From contig JAUZSJ010000005.1 of NCBI GenBank assembly GCA_030949555.1, positions 917 to 64,916 on the forward strand: a DNA stretch of 64,000 bases, written 5' to 3'. Each line of letters opens with the position of its first letter. Position 1 is the first letter of the stretch. Shown in pieces: positions 25,796-36,973 of this stretch. This DNA comes from Persephonella sp. (GTDB lineage: Bacteria > Aquificota > Aquificia > Aquificales > Hydrogenothermaceae). The position numbers and the translations under genes were made by a program. The notes under the pieces were generated by a model, which was given only the letters and a program-made list of their open reading frames with translations, was not told the origin of the DNA and made no database searches.

Positions 25796-26170
25796 ATGTC
25801 AAACCCTTATTCAGCTTATGTTAAAAATATGGACAATATCTCTTCTAAGGAGGAACTTTTAGTAAAGGTTTTTGAAGAAATTATCAGCAATCTAAATGTT
25901 GCTCTGTATGCTCTTGAAGATGGAGACGTCAAAACAAAAGCTGAAACAATAACGAAAGTTACAGATGCGATAGCACTGCTTCAGGCATCACTGGATATGG
26001 AAAATGGAGGAGAAATAGCACAGAACCTCCGTAAACTCTATGACTTCTGTATAGAGGAGCTGCTGAAGGCAAATGTCAGCAACAATGGGGAGCATATTAA
26101 AAATACCATTGATGTAATTCAGCCAATCTATGAAGGATTTAAAGGTGCCCTTGAAAACATCAGAGGATAA
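25796..26170 (+). CDS. fliS: Flagellin export chaperone
   Basis: LQASLDMENGGEIAQNLRKLYDF. Confidence 0.93.
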   Translation: MSNPYSAYVKNMDNISSKEELLVKVFEEIISNLNVALYALEDGDVKTKAETITKVTDAIALLQASLDMENGGEIAQNLRKLYDFCIEELLKANVSNNGEHIKNTIDVIQPIYEGFKGALENIRG

Positions 26171-26171
26171 G

Positions 26172-26432
26172 ATGAAACTGCTTTTAATCTTAAACAGACA
26201 TAAAAAGAAACTTTATCAGATAGAAACTGCTGAAGAGATAGATGAGCTTATTGAAGAGCTTAGGAATATTGATGAGTCAGAACTCAGAGAAATAAAACCT
26301 GACGTATTAAGAGAGATAAACAGTGTTATTACAGAAATTTTTAAGGAAGTAGAAAAAAGAAAAACAGAGATAATAGAAAGTATTGAAAAATCAGAAAAAA
26401 ATATAAAAGGTATAAAAGCGTATAGCCGATAA
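26172..26432 (+). CDS. Hypothetical helical protein in the fliT position
   Basis: Follows fliS, coiled-coil, ends IKAYSR. Confidence 0.55.
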   Translation: MKLLLILNRHKKKLYQIETAEEIDELIEELRNIDESELREIKPDVLREINSVITEIFKEVEKRKTEIIESIEKSEKNIKGIKAYSR

Positions 26433-27684
26433 TTAATCATAAAACTTCAGCAAACTGAGGTCTTATATTCTGGGCTATAGATGCAAGAAGAGCCTGATAG
26501 GCTGTTCTTGACTGTTCTAACTTTGCAATAACACCTGCATAATCTGTATTTTCTATTTTTGATATTAGCTCTTCAAACTCAACCCTTTGCTGCTCATTCA
26601 TTGTTTTTATGTTATCAGCAATATTTATCTGGGTTCCTATCAGAGACCTGTGCTGGGAGACACCATCAAATCCTTTATCAAAGGTATCTAAAACTCTCCT
26701 TATCTCTCCTGTTCTTTTAAGTAAAGCTCCTGATGAATCGTTTACAGACATGTTTACATTTTTGTCTTTACCTAAAAGTCCTAAACGATGAAACTCCGTC
26801 TCTGTCCTGAAACACAAATGCCTCAACATTACCGTTGTTGGCCGGTGCTGTATTTATAGCATCCACAAGGTCATTCAGCGTCATAGTGTCGTTGTAGTTA
26901 ACAGATATATTTAAAGAGCCGTAAGATATGTTCAATGTTCCGACTCACCAGCCCCTACTATAGGGTCTGTTGGATTGTTATATCCAAGGTCTGATATGTA
27001 ACTGTGAAGTCTGTTTAAATTTCCGCTGTCTATTATCTGGATGATGTCATCAATAGCCTTTACCATTCCTATCTTGTGATTTATCTCATTAGGGTCAACA
27101 GTGTTGTCTGTATCTGTATCTACCCATACTCCTGAAGGTATAGTTCCGAGGTAGTCTTTACCTATAAAGGTAGTATTCAGCTCAACTCCGGGAGCTACAG
27201 GAACAGTAGTATCAACAAATTCACCCTGATATATTCCTCTACTGTCAAATGGATTTACCTGTGATTTAACGCCTCCAAACAGTCTTGAGTCTCCTACTGA
27301 AATATTGGCCTGGTTTATTATGTAATCTCTCATAGACTGAAGATAATCACGGAATATCCGGGCATCTTCGTAGTCTAAAACTCCGTAATTCATAAGGTTT
27401 ATTATATCAACCCTTGTTTCTTTACCAGCTTCAACGATATTTCCCAGCGTGCTTTCTGCCACATCAAGATTTGTTTTAACTAAATCTATGTTTCTGTTGT
27501 AAGTCTCAATATCATTTTTCAGTTTTTTGAACCTCAGGGAGCGAATGTTATCAATAGTGCTGTCAGATGGTGTGAGTATTTTCTTACCTGAGGCAAGCTC
27601 TTTTGTGTATCTCTCTAAATCCTTTTCCCTTAATCTATCGTATTTTATAAATGTATCAAAAAATGCTATATCAGGAATTCTCAT
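26433..27684 (-). CDS. flgL: Flagellar hook-associated protein 3 (frameshifted)
   Basis: LASGKKILTPSD; IENTDYAGVI..AYQALL..LSLLKF. Confidence 0.9.
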
Positions 27685-27718
27685 CCTTATCACCTGACTT
27701 TTTAAATATTTTATCTTA

Positions 27719-27745
27719 TTATCGGTATATTAATTATAGTTTTTA
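27719..27745 (-). promoter_or_regulatory. Sigma28 promoter between flgK and flgL
   Basis: Minus strand TAAA-N15-ACCGATAA. Confidence 0.8.
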
Positions 27746-27749
27746 GGAA

Positions 27750-29212
27750 TCACTTAACAAGATTCAGAACAGTCTGGAGAAGCTCATCTGTTACGTTTAT
27801 TACCTTTGCTGACGCTTCGTAAGCTCTCTGTAGTTTTGTCAGATTTATAAGCTCTTCATCAATGTTTACTGATGAAATCTCTTTTATTTTCTGGTCTATT
27901 GCCTCTAACATAAAGGTTGAATCCTGCGTGAGGTTTTTTATTTTAGAAAGCTCAGATGAGACAGGTGCAACCATATGGGAAGAGTAAAACTCATGAAAGG
28001 ATTTTTCCTTTATCAGATTGTAATTATTTGTGTCTGTAAGACGGTAATCTATACCTCCTGAGGTGATTAATCCATCTGCCAGCAGGTCTGTCTCTTCTGC
28101 AGCTGTAAGCACTCCAGTGATACTGTCTTTAAGGAATATCAGTTTTTTCACATTTTGTGTTGTCTGAGTTGGTGTAAGCAGGGTCTGAAGCTGCAGCTAT
28201 CTGTTTAGGGTCTGATATGTTAACTACTATGTTTGAGGCATTTATCTCTGTCAGGGAGCTTGTCGGGTCAATACCAAAAAAGTTTGTGCCTGCACTACCG
28301 TAAAGGTCGTATCCTGAGCTGTGCTGCTTATTTACAACGAGAGCAAGAACTGTGGTAAAGTCATTCAGCTGGTTTAGAGCCTCGTTAACCTTTTTTATTC
28401 CCTCTAAATATCCACCAATTTTTCCTTTGCTTAGAAGGTCCGTTATGTTTATTCCCCTCAGCCTCACTATAGGATTTCCGTTGCTGTCTGTATCGTATGT
28501 TAGTCTGGTGCTTCTGTCATAAAGAACAAGTTCAAATCCCTTTGATGTGAAAACGTCTACTGTGTTATCTTCGTTGATTCTGATTTTTGTATCTATAAGA
28601 GAAGATATATCTTTTAATATCCTGTCCCTTTCGTCTAAGAACTCATTCAGTCTCACCTCATCATTGAAATAAAACTTTATGTTTTTGTTCACATAAGCTA
28701 ACTGCTGTGTAAGATTGTTAAGTTCCTGGATATTGTCTTTTATTGACAGCCCTGTTTTCTCTTTTATGTCCTGTAGAGACTGATAATCATTTCTTATCCT
28801 TCCAACTAAGGCTGTTGCTTTTGAAAGGACTGTCTGCCTTGCAGCAAGGTCGTCAGGATTTACTGCAACATCGTTAAATGAGTTAAAAAAGTCGTTTAAT
28901 GTTTCAGACAGGCCAGAACCCATAATGTCATTGTAGAGGGACTCTATCTGCTGTAATATGTCCTGATAGTTTTCGTATCCTGTCTTTTGATTGTTTGTGT
29001 TTATGTATCTGCCAAACAGTGAGCTATCAAAAACCCTTTCTATCTTCTGGAGGTAAACACTGCTTGCTATCATGTCTGATATGTGATTTACCCTGCGTGA
29101 GAGTAAGCCTTCCAGAATATAGATTGGCTATGTTTTTATTAACGTTATCCATAGCCCTTTTGTGGGTTAAAAAGAGACTGACCAGCAAGGGAGAGTCCAA
29201 AAACAGAGACAT
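27750..29212 (-). CDS. flgK: Flagellar hook-associated protein 1 (frameshifted)
   Basis: NKNIAN; LDERDRIL; SSVNIDEELINL..QRAYEASAKVI. Confidence 0.93.
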
Positions 29213-29244
29213 ACTTCTCACTCCAGCAGTAGTTTTATATATCA

Positions 29245-29271
29245 TTATCGGCAGAAAGAGAAATTTGTTCA
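29245..29271 (-). promoter_or_regulatory. Sigma28 promoter of flgK
   Basis: Minus strand TGAA-N15-GCCGATAA. Confidence 0.8.
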
Positions 29272-29272
29272 G

Positions 29273-29638
29273 TTACAGAAACTTTTTCAGTTCTTCTCTG
29301 TCTATCTCTTCCTGTTTTTTGAATATCTCTGTATTTTTCTTTTCTATGTAGTCCTGTTTTCTGTAAACATAGTAGAAAGTGATAACATACCCAACAAAAG
29401 CCACAGAGTGGAAAACAACCTGTACAGGACTGAGGAGACCTTCATGAAATATGAGGGAAAGTATCTCAGAAACGACAGCAGACAGAAAGATAAAAAAGAA
29501 GGTTATTCCATACAGAATTGTGACCTTTCTGTTAAGAAGAAAGTCTTCATAGCTGTAATATTCTGATATAGACTTCTTTCTGGTTTCTATCTTTTCTTCT
29601 TCAATTTCTGTATCTACAGGTTTTGTTATCTCTGACAT
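29273..29638 (-). CDS. Hypothetical 2-TM membrane protein
   Basis: 121-aa ORF, AGGAG RBS, two hydrophobic helices. Confidence 0.7.
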   Translation of the reverse strand: MSEITKPVDTEIEEEKIETRKKSISEYYSYEDFLLNRKVTILYGITFFFIFLSAVVSEILSLIFHEGLLSPVQVVFHSVAFVGYVITFYYVYRKQDYIEKKNTEIFKKQEEIDREELKKFL

Positions 29639-29686
29639 AGTATGCTCCTGTAGTTTGATAATTATAAAGATATAATAAATTTTTAT

Positions 29687-30638
29687 TTAAAGCCACCCTT
29701 TTTCTTGAAAACTATCAGAGGTATCAATGCAGATATTATCATAAGGATAACTTGCAAATGGATAGCCATATTTCCAGTCAAGCTCTGGCATGAAGTGAAA
29801 GTTCATTCCGTATATGCTTGCTATAAGAGTTGGTGGTAAGAAGATAACAGACATTATGGTGAATATCTTTATAACCTGGTTCTGCTGAATGTTCAGCAGG
29901 CCTAAAAATGTGTTCTGGAGGTAATCTAACCTTTCAAAGTTAAATGTTGTATATTCAATAAGAGAGTTAACATCTTTAATCATTATTCTCAGCTCTTCTC
30001 TTACCTCTTTAGGAACTTTGTAGGATTTTAGTAGAGAAGACAGGATTCTCTGCTTATCTATAAGATTCTCTCTTATTGTCATGTTCATCTCTTCATAAAA
30101 GATATAGACTCTAATATCTCTTCTGTGATGTCAATTCCTGTAAAGACGATTTTACCTAACTTTGATATCTCTCTTGTTATAAACTCAAGGGTGTCTGCGT
30201 CTGTATCTATCCTTATCTCAAGGATACCTGCAAGTACAAAATAACCATCTTCATATGCACTTGGATTGAGCATCAATTTTTTTACTAACTCTTTAAAGGT
30301 TTTCAGCTCTTTGTACCTGACGGTTATAAGATGGTGTTTTTTCAGGATAAATGTGACTGTTTCATTATATGGGGTTTCTTTTTCTGTTATAAGAAAGTAT
30401 GCATTTATTGTTATTCCTTCTTCGTCCTCAAAGTATCTGGAACTAATTTCTATTTCCTGCGTTTCCTGTCTTGAAGGGAATTCCACCTCAAACTGCTGGG
30501 ATACCCATTTTAGCTCTTCATCTGTTGGAGATATTATGTCAATCCACAGAACCTCCTGAGTATTTCCCAGCCTTTAGACAGGTCTTCTACTGTTTCAATC
30601 TTTATTGTTTGTTGCTTTCTGACAAATAATCTAATCAT
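29687..30638 (-). CDS. corA: Magnesium/cobalt transporter (frameshifted)
   Basis: PPTLIASIYGMNF..MPEL.W.YGYP. Confidence 0.95.
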
Positions 30639-30751
30639 ATCAATACTATGATACTACTTTTTTAACTGTTTCGGTATTTTCCACAAAATCTGTGTGAAAA
30701 TTCCGTAATAGTAGAAGACTTATCTATATTTCCTGAAAAATTTTCTCTACT

Positions 30752-30807
30752 GCAAATATAATGTCTCTTATATTTGCTTTGAAAATATACTATAATTTTG
30801 TATATTT
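30752..30807. promoter_or_regulatory. Two inverted repeats (operator-like) upstream of the HNH-RHH gene
   Basis: GCAAATATAA-N6-TTATATTTGC (30752-30777) and AAATATAC-N9-GTATATTT (30783-30807) enclosing TATAAT. Confidence 0.6.
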
Positions 30808-30822
30808 ATAAAGCAGGTTAGT

Positions 30823-31424
30823 TTGATGAAGGGAAAGATAGTTTACAGATTTGGTGATGAGATTTTGAAACAGATAGAGGACTTTTTAGACTATGCTGTA
30901 AGCAACAAGGGATTTGTTTACAGAGGTATAAAACAGGGTCTTCTCCCTGAAAGCTACAGAGAGTTCAGGAAGAAAACTTTTATTGGTAGAAAAGGTTTCC
31001 ACACAGTCCAGCTATCAGATGGAAAGAGAAAAAAGGTGTATTACCTCCACCGGTTAATTGCTGAATACTTTGTACCAAATCCAGAAGGTTACAGATATGT
31101 GATTCATAAAGACGGAAACAGAAACAACAACAGTGCAGACAATCTAATCTGGGTTCCGTTTGTAAATAGAAAGGCTGATGAGGAGTTAAAAAGCACTATT
31201 TTGTCCCTGACAGCTAAAGGTAAGAGCTACTATCAGATTTCAAAAGATTTAAACATAAGTATTCAAAAAGTGATGAAAATTGCAGGAAAAAGGGATATGC
31301 TGAGTATAGCACTCTCTCCTCAAACAAAAGATAAACTGTTGAAACTTGCTGAAAAAGGGGTATTAATGTATCTTCTCTTGTTGGGAAAATATTAGAAGAG
31401 TATTTAGAGGAGACAGATGAGTAA
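30823..31424 (+). CDS. NUMOD4/HNH endonuclease-like protein fused to HTH and ribbon-helix-helix domains (one indel near 31355)
   Basis: YAVSNKGFV, LHRLIAEYFVPNP..VIHKDGNRNNNSADNLIWV, GKSYYQISKDLNIS, SIALSPQTKDKLLKLAEK.GINVSSLVGKILEEYL. Confidence 0.8.
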
Positions 31425-32658
31425 ACTGCTTGTTCATATATGTTGCAGGGTAGATGCTGTTTATGCATTGAGGAAACTGAAAGAAGATTTTCCAGATGCT
31501 TATATAGAAGGTTATTTCTACGACCCAAACATTCATCCTGAAGAAGAGTATATACTCAGATGGATAGAGACAGAAAGGGTATGCAACCAGATAGGTATAA
31601 AATGCCACCTTGCCCCCTATGAGTTAGACAGATGGCTTGAGGCTGTAAAAGGATTAGAAAACGAGCCAGAAAGGGGGAAAAGATGTACTGTATGTCACGA
31701 CGTCAGACTTGAAAAAACAGCTCAGTTTGCAAAGAAAAATGGCTTCGACAGTATAACGACAGTTCTTATGATGAGTCCTAAAAAGGATTTTGATGTTTTA
31801 AAAGCTGTTGGAGAGCAGGTGGCAGAGAAATACGGCCTTGAGTTTTTAGCTGTTGATTTTCGCAAAAATGGTGGCATAGAGAAGATGAACAGACTGTCTA
31901 AAGAAGCCCAGCTTTACCATCAGAACTACTGCGGCTGTATGTATGCCCTCTTTCAGCAGAGGAAAGGAGATTTTATCCCTGAGCTTGTATCTTTTGGTAA
32001 AGGAAGACTGCCGGGAAGCAGAGAGGAGAGGCTTTTTATAAAAGAGATAAGACTTTATGCTGAAAGCTCAGGACTGCCGTGTTGCGAGGAGAGTTTCAGT
32101 TTTGTAAACTGGAGATTAATCAGTTCAGTGCTAAAGATAAACAAAAATCCTGTAAACCATACAGTTTTGTGGTTTTCAAAGTCCATCAGGGGAGTCCTCA
32201 GAGATAGAGTAAAAGAGTTGATAGAACACCCAGACAAAAAGGTTGTCAGGCTAAAAAAATCCTCTGCTCAGATATGGATTCTTAAAACACCACTTACAGA
32301 AATACCTTTAGACTTTCCAAGGTTTACAACAGACCCTATATTTATAGTAGGAAATGATTTAGAAACCAGTTTAAACATTGATACAAAGGTTGAACTTCAG
32401 CTGAAAACAGAATTTGATGAGAATGGCATTTCCCAGAACCTGATAATAGGAGATAGAAAGGCAGAACACACTGTTGAGTTTTACAGTGATACACTTCCTG
32501 ATGGCTTTGGCGGTGTGGAGTTAAAAGAAATTACAGAAGAGATAACAAAGAATAAAGAGAGTATCTTAAAGGGAGATAAAAAGATAGTTATTTACGGGGC
32601 AAGGACTGCTGGAAACATTGGTAAGTTTTATTTTAAAAACAGTTATATAAATATTTGA
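31417..32658 (+). CDS. queH: Epoxyqueuosine reductase QueH (long form)
   Basis: LLVHICC, FYDPNIHP..EY, EPERGKRCTVC, YHQNYCGC. Confidence 0.9.
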   Translation: MSKLLVHICCRVDAVYALRKLKEDFPDAYIEGYFYDPNIHPEEEYILRWIETERVCNQIGIKCHLAPYELDRWLEAVKGLENEPERGKRCTVCHDVRLEKTAQFAKKNGFDSITTVLMMSPKKDFDVLKAVGEQVAEKYGLEFLAVDFRKNGGIEKMNRLSKEAQLYHQNYCGCMYALFQQRKGDFIPELVSFGKGRLPGSREERLFIKEIRLYAESSGLPCCEESFSFVNWRLISSVLKINKNPVNHTVLWFSKSIRGVLRDRVKELIEHPDKKVVRLKKSSAQIWILKTPLTEIPLDFPRFTTDPIFIVGNDLETSLNIDTKVELQLKTEFDENGISQNLIIGDRKAEHTVEFYSDTLPDGFGGVELKEITEEITKNKESILKGDKKIVIYGARTAGNIGKFYFKNSYINI

Positions 32659-32714
32659 AATTTTTAAATTATTAGTGTTATACTTTTTTTAATACAGATG
32701 CAGGGAAAGAATTT

Positions 32715-33430
32715 TGACTGATTTAATCACTGCAGGGAAACTTTGTAGGAGGAAAGGGAGAAAAGGGGTCTCTCACTGCAGGATGTTCATAATGTCACAA
32801 AAATTCCTGTTGATATAATCAGAAGGCTTGAAGGAGACGAGAACTATCTTAGAAAAGAACCGTATGCCCATTTTCTGATGAAGGTTCTTATTGATTTTTA
32901 CCAGTTAGACATACAGCTGACAAAAGAAAAAGGAACTTCAGAAAAGCAGGAAAAAAAAGAGCCTGCAGAAGAAAAACAGAGTTTCTTTATAAGGTTTCTT
33001 AAGGCTGTTTTTACTGTGATGGCAGGACTTTTTATTATAGATACAGCAGTAAAAAAAGATATTAAATACAGCAATGATATACAGAATCTGATAAAGGTTG
33101 AGCTTCCAGAAAATAAAAAAATATCAGATATTTCTGAAGTAGAAAAAAAGAAGGAAATAAACAGAATTGTTCTTACAGCGCTGGATTTTGTCTGGCTTAC
33201 CGCTTATGTTGACGGAAGAGAAAAGGTTCTGAGGCTCAGGAAGGGACAGAGAGTAAAACTGTCATTCAAAAACAAAATAAGAATTTGAAACTATAGGCAA
33301 CGCTGATAATCTGATTATAATATATGACAGTAAAAAGGTTGCTTTTGAGAGAAAGATAATACACAATCTTTTTGTTGATGATGAAGGAGTTTTCTTTAAC
33401 GGCTACAATCTTGCTAAGGAAGAGAGTTGA
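32715..33430 (+). CDS. RodZ-like HTH / TM / DUF4115 protein (frameshifted)
   Basis: GLSLQDVHNVTKI..IRRLE HTH, TM, C-terminal LTALDFVWL..DG..IGNA. Confidence 0.7.
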
Positions 33431-34095
33431 TACCTGCGAAAGAGGAAATACAGAAGGTAAAACCTGAGGTTGAAAAATACGTCAGACAGCGTATATCAGA
33501 ATTTAAATCCCTGAGAAGGAAAAATATAACTACATTTGATTTCCGTCCATTTGTTGACATTCAGCCCTATCAGGCAGACATATTCTCTGAGGCATCTTTC
33601 TGTATACTGACTGCAAACTCCTCAGCAGTTTTGGGGATAAAACTCCAGAAGGAGATTGGCATGGATGGATTTAGAAGCTATCCAGAAGAGAAACTGTTTG
33701 AGATAATAAGAAGAAAAGGACACAGATTTGCCCGGCAGAGAGCTGAGAGGATAGTAAAACTGAGAGAAAAAAAAGAATTTCTGCTTGAGATAGCAAAGGA
33801 AAAGGATGGAAAAGAGGCGAGGGAAAAGTTAGTGAAAGAGATTTACGGATACGGATACAAAGAGGCAAGCCATTTTTTGAGGAATATCGGATTTGAAGAT
33901 GTGGCTATTATAGACAGGCATATATCCAGATTTTTGTTTGAGAAAGGCCTTGTAAAACCAAGAAAAACAATAACAAGAAAGGTTTATTTAGAGTGTGAAC
34001 AGGCTTTAGAAAAAATTGCATCAGATTTAGGATTAACACAGGCAGAGCTTGACCTTTATATCTTTTACATAAAAACAGGAAAAGTCCTGAAATGA
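33427..34095 (+). CDS. ogg: 8-oxoguanine DNA glycosylase/AP lyase (Ogg2 type)
   Basis: FCILTANSSA, GHRF, GYGYKEASHFLRN.G..VAIIDRH, C-terminal TGKVLK. Confidence 0.93.
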   Translation: MIPAKEEIQKVKPEVEKYVRQRISEFKSLRRKNITTFDFRPFVDIQPYQADIFSEASFCILTANSSAVLGIKLQKEIGMDGFRSYPEEKLFEIIRRKGHRFARQRAERIVKLREKKEFLLEIAKEKDGKEAREKLVKEIYGYGYKEASHFLRNIGFEDVAIIDRHISRFLFEKGLVKPRKTITRKVYLECEQALEKIASDLGLTQAELDLYIFYIKTGKVLK

Positions 34096-34700
34096 TACAC
34101 AGATTAAAAGAGCTTGCCGACAAAAACGGGATATCTCTGTCAGAAGACCAGCTGGAAAGATTCCAGACTTATCTTGATATGCTCTTTAAAGTGGAACAGG
34201 GTTTACAATCTCACATCAATAAGAAAAAAAGAAGAGGTAATAACAAAACATTTTTTTAGACAGTCTTTCCCCTTGTGAAACTGTTTGAAAAGAAAAATAT
34301 ACCTGTAGATGGAAAAGATATAGCAGATTTAGGCTCTGGAGCTGGATTTCCTGGAGTTCCCTGAAAATATATTATGAAAACAGGATAAACCTGTATCTGA
34401 TAGAGGCAGTCCAGAAAAAATGCATATTTTTAGAGATGCTGAAAAAAGAACTTGACCTGAGCTATACAGTTCTCTGCAGAGAGAGCAGAAGATGTAAATC
34501 TACAGTCTGATATCGTGGTGAGCAGGGCAGCAGGAGAAACATTTACAGTGCTGAAATGGGCAAAGAATACTGTAAAAAAAGGTGGATATATCATAATAAT
34601 GAAAGGCAAACAGGTAGAAGAAGAGCTGAGACCATTTACAGTCTCACTAAAGATGTATGGACTGCCTGAGAGGAAGTTTATTCTTATCCAGAAAAACTGA
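34092..34700 (+). CDS. rsmG: 16S rRNA m7G527 methyltransferase (frameshifted)
   Basis: WN..YNLTSI, HF.DSL, DLGSGAGFPG, VSRA, MKG. Confidence 0.92.
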
Positions 34701-34745
34701 TTGACCTCTGTCAATGCTCGTTTTCAGAAGTTTTCTTAAATTATA

Positions 34746-34806
34746 AACCGTTATTTCTTGCTTGTAATAATGAAAATTTTGTTATATCTTAAAAGTAATA
34801 ACGGTT
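34746..34806. promoter_or_regulatory. Tandem ModE-like boxes upstream of moaA
   Basis: CGTTATTT-N8-TAATAATG (34749-34772) and TGTTATAT-N8-TAATAACG (34780-34803); outer perfect repeat AACCGTTATT/AATAACGGTT. Confidence 0.6.
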
Positions 34807-34819
34807 AAAGGAGCTGAAG

Positions 34820-35789
34820 ATGAACGAGATAAGCTATCTGAGGGTATCGGTAACAGACAAATGTAATCTTAAATGTTTTTACTGCCGTCCAGACAACTCA
34901 GAGTTTGTTCCCCACGACGAGATACTCAGATACGAAGAAATAGCAAGACTTGTCAGAGCCATGACAAAATACGGTCTTAAAAAGGTAAGAATAACAGGTG
35001 GAGAGCCCCTTGTCCGTCCTCAGCTGGAAGAGCTTGTGAAGATGCTACGGGAGATACCACAGATAACAGACATCTCCCTGACCACAAATGGAATAACCCT
35101 TTCAAAACATGCAGAAAAGCTGAGAAAAGCAGGGTTAGACAGACTTAACATATCAATAGACAGCCTCAATCCTGAGCTGTTTTACCAGATAACAAAGGGC
35201 AGATTGGAAGATGTTTTAGAAGGGATAAAGGTCTCAAAAGAACTTGGATATAACCCTATTAAAGTTAATGCAGTTGTAGTGAAAGGATTAAACTGAAGAT
35301 GAAGCTTTAGATTTTGTAGAGTTTGGAGCTGAATATGGGGTTGAGGTGAGATTTATTGAGATGATGCCTGTAGGAGGAGAGCTGATAAACTGGTCAGAGG
35401 ATAAGGTTCAGCCTCTTGAAAAGATAAAAAATCAGATAGAGGGGAAATACGGAAAACTACTGCCTGCAATATCAATAGGAAGTGGTGCAGCAAGGGTTTA
35501 CAGGGTTCCAAAATTAGGAACAAAAGTTGGGTTTATCACACCTATTTCCAATCCCTTCTGTGATGGCTGTTCAAAGCTCAGGCTTACAGCAGAGGGGCAC
35601 ATAAAGCTGTGTCTCAGGACAGATGAGGAGATAGACGCAAAACCGGTGATAAGAAACGGAACAGATGAGGATTTAGACAGATTTATCAAAAAGATTTTGA
35701 TAGAAAAAGAGATATCCAATCAGAAGATAGTCAGCTCAGGGTATGCATTCTCCGACTGCAGAAGAATAATGACCAGCATAGGAGGATAG
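34820..35789 (+). CDS. moaA: GTP 3',8-cyclase (frameshifted)
   Basis: LRVSVTDKCNLKCFYC, ITGGEP, FCDGC..RLTAEG...CL, MTSIGG. Confidence 0.96.
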
Positions 35790-35831
35790 AGTAAGGTTAT
35801 GTTATAATACAAATTTGTGAACATCAGTTTT

Positions 35832-36973
35832 ATGAAGGGTATTTATTTTTAGGAAAGTCTTGTTTTATTTACATAACCTATGGGAGATTTCAGCAACTAC
35901 AAGGCTATCGGTGGATTTAGCCTTAAATCTTAAGCAACTTTTTAATGTGGAGGTTGAATTTGCTGTAAATAAAAGAATAAAAATGATGTGAAAGACTTAC
36001 CATTTAAACTTTATGTTTTAAATAAAGGTGAAATAGGTAAAGCTGTAGCTTTAGGTAAATTAATATCCGAAAGTAAGTATGATGTAGTATTAAGTTATAG
36101 TGCCTTATACAAAATATAATACTATCTTTTTCAAAACTTATTTATGCAAGAAAAGAGACTGTATATATTGGGTCAGTTCATAATTCAGATAATTATATGA
36201 ATAATAAAGAGATTTATAAAATTCCTTATAGATATTTAATGAAAAAGATTTACGAAAACCTAGACGGACTTATAGTAGTTTCAAATTCAGTAAAAGATGA
36301 TGTAAGAAAAGCTTTTTTGTAGACAGAAATAAAATGGAAACAATATACAATTACATTGACATAAAAAAGATAAGAGAGTTATCTAAAGAAGAAATTCCTA
36401 CTGAAGAGAGAAGTATTTTTAATTTTCCTGTAATAATAAATGTTGGCAGAGTTGAAAACTCAGAAAGGACAAGAATATTTGATTAGGGCATTACCTTTAA
36501 TAAAAAAGAGATTCCTGAAGCCAAAGTGGTAACCATTGGTGATGGATGTCTTTGAGCCAGTATTTAAGACGTATAGCTGAAATGCTGAAAGTAAAAAATA
36601 ATGTTATTTTTTAGGATATAAAAAAACTCTTTTAAATATGTATACCGTTCAAAGGTTTTTGCTTTTCCTTCTCTGTACGAGTAGGCGTAGGAAATGTAGT
36701 GTTAGAGTCTCAGGCCCTTGAATTCCTGTCGTAGCTTTTGAAAGTCAAGGTGGTCATGTAGATGTTTTGCGAAATTCAGGAATTTTAGTACCTTTCAAAG
36801 ATATAAATAAGCTTGCATATGAGATAATAAAACTACTAAAAGATGAAAGATTAAGAAAAATTTATTCAGAAAAAGCTTTAAAAAATGTTGAGCATTATTC
36901 TGCAGAGAAAGGAGCTGAAAGATATTATGAATATTTCCTAAAGAAAAAGAAAGAAAAAAGTAATCATGCCTGA
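35832..36973 (+). CDS. GT4-family glycosyltransferase, AT-rich, heavily disrupted
   Basis: IVVSNSVK, INVGR....KG, IGDG, FAFPSLYE..GNVVLESQA..PVV, GILVP. Confidence 0.75.

Noticed and set aside
26404-26432. GCCGATAA at the end of the fliT-position gene as an antisense sigma28 promoter into flgL
   Set aside because: It is formed by Ser-Arg-stop codons and TAAA is not at 15-bp spacing
30677-30700. TTTTCCACA DnaA-box-like site within an imperfect repeat
   Set aside because: Single mismatched box, no cluster and no oriC-type neighbours
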